From the NCBI GenBank assembly GCA_000182565.2, contig KQ257454.1: a stretch of 64,000 bases of DNA. One strand, 5' to 3'. The notes under the pieces are model-generated. The model saw nothing but the letters and a program-made list of their open reading frames with translations, did no database searches and had not been told where the DNA came from. A program made the translations under genes and the position numbers. The stretch comes from Spizellomyces punctatus DAOM BR117 (taxonomy: Eukaryota). The first letter of the stretch is position 1. Each line of letters begins with the position of its first letter. Below, piece by piece: positions 58,551-64,000 of this stretch.

Positions 58551-58599
58551 ATTCGTCCTCCAAGCACATTGCCCAGCGATCACTCCCTTGGAAAGTAAA
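58551..58599 (+). repeat. 49-bp perfect direct repeat, left copy
   Basis: ATTCGTCCTCCAAGCACATTGCCCAGCGATCACTCCCTTGGAAAGTAAA, identical to 62177-62225. Confidence 0.95.
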
Positions 58600-58949
58600 A
58601 ATGCATATTTTGTCATTATTTCACCACGCATATAAGATGGATTATAGGTGAAACGTTAGATGCTCAAACCGAGACCCGTGAGAAATAATGTCAATCTCTA
58701 CATACAGATCACCATGCTTCATGCGTCACCAATGCCATTTGGGCTTTGTTTCCCAGGCTCTACCATGCTTCCCACGAAGCAAAGTCTGACTGAGCAACCT
58801 TTTCCTCATTGTAGCTGCAATTTAACCGCAGTCCTTCTTTGTCAAAGATGATTCGTTGCCATTCTGCACAAGAATCCCTTCGCAAACCTTATGTGATTGC
58901 CGAGCGAGAAGTCTTTTCACAGGGCAGTGTACAGTACCCCGTCACGCCC

Positions 58950-61900
58950 ATGGCCACCAATGCACTTGAGGTTATTCAAAATCGGTCGAGTTACCTGTTG
59001 TCTAAATGCTCACCTTTACATACTTTATCATACCATTAGCAAAATGTGCATTCCACTATTGTCAGACGCTTGCAAGCAGCGCACCAGTCCACTGCAGACC
59101 TCTCGGCGGGATTGACTCGGTTCCTTGTGGGTCCGGCCATTCATGCAGCTACGAATCCGGCAGAGTCTCAACGATTGACGCAAAGGGTGCTGGCATTAAT
59201 GCAGAACAATGTCCTTGTCTCGGATGCAGATATGGTTAAAGCTCTGGGGTTAGTAGAGTCTACCGGTGACTTTGTCGCTGAGCCGGATGTGGAATACTTT
59301 TATGTTCGAAGCTGGGCAATCCACGCAACCGATCTGGCAAGACTTCTTGCAAGCTGGGAAGAGGAAGGGATAGAGCCCCGTGAGGCATGGCAATGGCTAT
59401 ATGCAATTCAAATAGCCGAAACATGCTTTATCCGATACGTTGGTAAATGCCGGGGCCCCGCTACACCGCACAAGCGATATACCACTGATTTGAAGCAAAG
59501 GGAGTCGGGTCTTTTGCACGATTTTTTGGAAGCACTGCAAGAAATCGCCCCAGACTCGTATGCAAGTGGTAAGACTTTTGAGTTTGTAGAGGGTAGACTT
59601 GGTGAGATAGCCGAAGCAACGATCAGGGATGACCGTGAGAGGGCGATTATTGCGTTTTTTGACCGAGAAAAGCTTTTGAATCGTCAGCACGGCGGCTTTT
59701 ATCAGTCCTACATTCCAAGCATTGATGACTACCATCTGTTCAAAGAATTGAATACCGACTTTATCCGTCGCTTCCGCAATGCGTGCACGAGCACCCACGA
59801 TGACATGCTGAAGGCTATTGACCAGTGGATAGAGGAAACCAAATGTTATGCTGAAGAACACCCGATCGAGACCAAGACTGGACTGCATCCACTGACCCAA
59901 AAATACAACACGAAACGACGGCACCAACTCTTGCCTCAGATGATCAACGATAATGTCATCTTGCTGCTGATTGGCAAGGACGTTACATTTGAAGAATATA
60001 TTGGTTCTCACACTTTTCTTTCAGGAAATTCACGAGCAGGGTACCTTACCAAAGATTTTCTCGCGCGCCTTCAAGCGTACGAACGGGATGCATCATCGTG
60101 GTCAACCCTTGACAAGTTGGCATTCCCTTTTATCAACTTATTCCCATGGATGGGACATGAAGACGTGACGTCCGCACTTGATTATCTGTCGGCATTTCTT
60201 CGCATTGTCCGTCCCATCATTACAGTTACATTTTCGCATTTGGTTACTTCAAGTGCACACGCAAATTTCTATCACCCATACGGGCTTTCACAGGATAACT
60301 TTTTGGATAGCGTAGGCGTCTTGTCCCTGCGGCATTTTGAAGATCGTGACTGGCTCTCGTCTGTAGAATCAGAGGTGACCGAATGGACTATTGTTATTCC
60401 GCACTTGGATCCCGGTTTTGACAAATACGGCGCCCAACCTGTTGAACTAAGGGCTGTCATCGACCTGACGTGGTACCTCACCTTTTATGTTGCCCACCGT
60501 GCCATGAAACTGCTGAGGGCCGGCAAGGGCGCCGCCAAGGGAAAAGGACCAGATCGCACTACCCTCGTGAAACGGCTCTATACGGAATGCAGCGAACATG
60601 ATCCCATGTTCATGGATCCCGCTGTGGTCGCCTTGTATGAACGTCTAAAACAAGCAAAAACGGCTCTAAAGGCCCATTGGGAGGATGTCCGACAACGCCG
60701 GCGACGTACGGTTCAACCACTGGATGAGGAGGTTCGCAAGGTCATGTCTGAAAAGGCGGTAGCGAGAATCCTTCGAGGAGAGAGAGCCCGAGGTGCACCC
60801 AACTCGGATGAGCGAAAAGCTCAAGTCAACCGTTTGTACAAACTCCACATGCCGGATACTTTTTTACATGTCACTGATTACAAAGAAGATAAAGATCGCT
60901 GGTTCCAGTGGGCCATGACGTTGCCCGAAAACATGTCATTTGCGATGAGCTCCCTTGCGCAAGCGATGCCCAAAGCACAGCGTATTCGCAATTCCATACG
61001 CATGTTTCGACCAGCGGAAGCCACTGACGACTCTTGGATGGATGACCCAACTCGAATGCGAAAGGCACTGCTAGCAAAAGGAGCTCACCTAAAACAATTT
61101 CTCCCAGCCGACTTTTACTCGAGCGAGAAACAGCGTGAGCGAGTCTTGCGAAAAACAGCCAGCGATCCGTTATTTGCACACACATCCGTTTTACAGGGTC
61201 GGGAGATCAAAATATGGGCAAATGGAGACATGGTGCTGCGCTGGATTGCGCCTGCCGAACTTTTGGAGGCACTTCAAACCGACCGAAATGTTACGCTTAT
61301 TGTCAGAGGACCCAAACGAGCCGTGCCGATCCAGGACGGCGACAAGCGATTTGTCCAATTTCTTGCTGATGGCATTGGACTTTATGACGAGAATGGGAGA
61401 GACATTGGCCCGGGTGCACTGGTGCGTCAACAGGACTTTATCCTCCACAAATCTCACCGTTTGCTTCAGGCTTTGTGGGCATCAGAAAGGGCCATTATCC
61501 AAGGAACTGCACCCATTCCAGCTCTGACAATCGAGGCCGCCGCTGAAGGACCTGTCCCCGTTTCCGTTTCCGTTCCAGCTCGTCGCCCAAGCTTGGCTCA
61601 ATCTATATCAGAAGCTCTGGCAAGGGGAATGGAGACAGCTCTAAGTGAACCACTGGAAGCCGAGAAAATGACTTCAGGACGTCCACCATTCAAACAGCAG
61701 ACTAGCAAAAAGACCATGGCTGCTTTTGGTCCGGTTCAAGCAAACGACGGATTGTGGTTGCTTCAACAGTGGCTAAAGGAAACCCATCCCAATGGAGGCA
61801 CCTTCTCGCTGGCTGATCCCATCATCTTTCCCAACCAACAATCCATGATCCCTTCTTTTTCAATGTTTTTGGACAAATATCCCAATCATCCCTATCATAA

Positions 61901-62060
61901 GGCTTGGAAAAATTGGCTCTTACCCGAGGAATTGGCTGGTGCATCACGCCACATTATTGCCAACATTCGGTATCTATGTCCCAACACAAGCAGCAAGCGG
62001 GTCCAGAGGAAAGAGACCCAGTTCCAAAGGTTGACTGTGAAGCCGCCCATTAAAGAGTAG
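58950..62060 (+). CDS. ~1010-aa unknown protein with an N-terminal GIY-YIG-like nuclease signature
   Basis: 1004-codon open exon 59046-62060; a likely short first exon MATNALE (58950-58970) with intron 58971-59039. Motif order YFYVR...IRYVGKC...HKRY...DRERAIIAFF...LLNRQHGG. Confidence 0.7.
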
Positions 62061-62176
62061 TACATCAGTCATGTATATAGTATGTCAAAATTTTTAGGTT
62101 TAGTTTAGTTGCTGGAGCCATTATTTTCTGTGTTACTAAGTATGTAGAAATGCCATTCACCATTATGAATTCCATC

Positions 62177-62225
62177 ATTCGTCCTCCAAGCACATTGCCC
62201 AGCGATCACTCCCTTGGAAAGTAAA
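62177..62225 (+). repeat. 49-bp perfect direct repeat, right copy
   Basis: Identical to 58551-58599; lies 61 bp upstream of the tRNA. Confidence 0.95.
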
Positions 62226-62286
62226 GTTTTTCCAAGACACCTTATCTATTTGGATGTACATCTATCACTTCCTTGGAAAGTAAAAC

Positions 62287-62368
62287 GTCGGTTTGGCGGA
62301 GTGGTTAACGCGGTGGCCTGCTAAGCCATTTCCTTCTGGGAGCACAGGTTCGAATCCTGTAGCCGACG
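62287..62368 (+). tRNA. tRNA-Ser (anticodon GCT)
   Basis: Acceptor stem GTCGGTT/AGCCGAC plus discriminator G; A-box TGGCGGAGTGG; anticodon arm GTGGC-CTGCTAA-GCCAT; long variable arm; T-arm ACAGG-TTCGAAT-CCTGT; oligo-T ~20 nt downstream. Confidence 0.95.
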
Positions 62369-63252
62369 CTCGCGCAGAGGGAAAACATCTTTTTTGATGG
62401 TTTTATACATGCACAGACTTTCACCGCTTTGTGGTTCACGCACTGTATGATCATTTGAAGGTGCTGGTTTTATACATGCATACAGACGCTCGCGCAGAGT
62501 GAAAACCTCTTTTTTGAAGGCGCTGGTTTTATATACATGCATACAGACGCTCGCGCAGAGTGAAAACCTCTTTTTTGAAGGCGCTGGTTTTATACATGCA
62601 CTTACCCCCAATCAGGTCCGACGCGTCTCCTATGAGTCGCGGACCCAGGTCCGCAGACCTGATTGCAAATATGGACTTACACTGCTAATAGACCACCAAA
62701 AATAACTGCGATTATTTGCACTGGTTTTATACATGCACAGACTTTCACCGCTTTGTGGTTCACGCACCGTGTGATCATTCTCAGTTTTCTTGAAAGAGTG
62801 AGTGAAATTCATCAAGATGGCGCGTGATTTTTATCATTCAAAGTGATCCTTTGACACTACAACTCCTATCGAGTATGTTATGGGGCACCATGGAATGTAC
62901 TTGTAATTTCTTCCATTCATTCAACGCGCTATTTCATAGCAATTGCTAAGGCGGTATGGCCATGCCATCAAACCTGGTTTAACGCATGCGCTGCTATGTT
63001 TCTGCTGTGTACCGGTTATTTGTCCCATCATATATTCAAAGGAGTTGTAGTACATGCAGAGTGGTGCTTTTGACCGCTTTGGGGTGTAGCCGACGGTTGT
63101 TCGGCTCTTTTTTCTTGTTTTTTATCATTCAAAGTGATCCTTTGACACTAGTACATGCAGAGTGGTGCTTTTGACCGCTTTGAGGTGTGCTTCACGCACT
63201 GTGTGATCATTCTCAGTTTTCTTGGAAGAGTGAGTGAAGTTCATCAAGATGG
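62365..63252 (+). repeat. Patchwork of repeats derived from the tRNA 3' end and trailer
   Basis: GACGCTCGCGCAGAG(G/T)GAAAAC(A/C)TCTTTTTT at 62365, 62485 and 62546. TTATACATGCACAGACTTTCACCGCTTTGTGGTTCACGCAC at ~62403 and ~62726. GATCATTCTCAGTTTTCTTG...TTCATCAAGATGGC at ~62773 and ~63205. Confidence 0.9.
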
Positions 63253-63294
63253 CTTAAACATCAGTAGTGGTTTCTGCTTGGGATAGGAGCTGGC

Positions 63295-63383
63295 ATGAAC
63301 TTGAGATGCCTGCCCATTGGCAGCCGATTCTGCTTGGAATAGCAACCGGTATGAACTTGAGATGCCTGCCCATTGGCAGCCGA
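63295..63383 (+). repeat. 33-bp direct repeat x2 (period 56)
   Basis: ATGAACTTGAGATGCCTGCCCATTGGCAGCCGA at 63295 and 63351. Confidence 0.9.
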
Positions 63384-63941
63384 CGATGGAGGTTCAGATC
63401 TGAATTTGAAGGTGCCCAAGGCAAACTTATCCAATCGGGCTCACTCTCTTACCCAAAGTGCATGGCCGGTAAAAGACCATGCGCCAGTGACTCACGCACA
63501 AGATACCGTGGGTCAAACAGCCCAAGCCGATCTGACTGCAAACCAAACCCAAGCAACTGCAAAAAGGTCTTGACATGATTTCATAACTAATACTTTGTAT
63601 TTCAATAATAAGATGATGGCAGTTTGACTGCAAACAGTTTACTCTTTTGCAGCTTGGGCAGTTTTTTGTTATTTGAACGCGTGTCTATGGCCTTCCAAAA
63701 GTGGACTTACAAATTACGACCTTTCCCACAGTTTTTGACGCGGTTCATTTCGCAGTCATCAACCTCGCCCCCTTTATATAGTGGACTTACGCAGCAGTAG
63801 CAGTCTTTCCCACGCCAGATTTTTCGACATCTTTCATCGGTCCCATTCATCTGCCTTTTTCCATCGTTTCCCACTTACCCACATACTCTTATCACAACTA
63901 CACCGTCCTCAACAACACTTTTTAACCACACCCATCCAAAA

Positions 63942-63964
63942 ATGTCTGGAAAGGGAAAACTACC
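63942..63964 (+). CDS. Probable first exon of a gene continuing beyond the window (MSGKGKL...)
   Basis: TATA-like TTTATATAG at ~63773, C/A-rich leader, AAAA-ATG context and GTAAGT donor at 63965. Confidence 0.45.
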
Positions 63965-64000
63965 GTAAGTAGACACGACTCGCATCATGTGGAATGGCCC

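Noticed and set aside
62365-62600. Regularly spaced repeats resembling a CRISPR array
   Set aside because: The intervening sequences are themselves repeated, the DNA is eukaryotic, and no cas genes are present.
63677-63964. MSGKGK start plus an upstream ACGCGT (MCB-like) box suggesting a histone gene
   Set aside because: Only 7 codons are visible, too few to name the gene.

Overview
Intron-rich fungal genomic DNA from a gapped, Sanger-style scaffold; an early-diverging lineage is plausible but cannot be proven from the sequence. The left ~39 kb is a self-contained NRPS biosynthetic cluster. It holds a Zn(II)2Cys6 regulator, a cluster-resident Sfp-type PPTase, an ABCC/MRP exporter and three 2-oxoglutarate/Fe(II) dioxygenases from three different families: IDO/PF10014-like, PhyH/proline-4-hydroxylase-like (frameshifted) and TMLH/BBOX-like with an altered aromatic cage. 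Its core is a ~19-kb five-module NRPS, C(half)-A-T-E-C-A-T-C-A-T-C-A-T-T-C-A-T, that ends in a fused FSH1/LovG-type serine hydrolase instead of a TE, R or CT domain. The NRPS has one apparent frameshift near 35.07 kb, and a CGG motif (GCGGAGNWTT) recurs in the cluster promoters. The right part carries a triplicated small-gene unit, an intronless head-to-head ATP-grasp/esterase pair, a BAS2-like Cys-repeat protein next to a gap, a ~2000-aa unknown protein and PHO84. It also has a 3.6-kb cassette bounded by perfect 49-bp direct repeats, encoding a ~1000-aa GIY-YIG-like protein, directly upstream of a tRNA-Ser(GCT) whose 3' end and trailer are reiterated downstream. Gene models were spliced by eye and family calls rest on motif recognition, not database searches.
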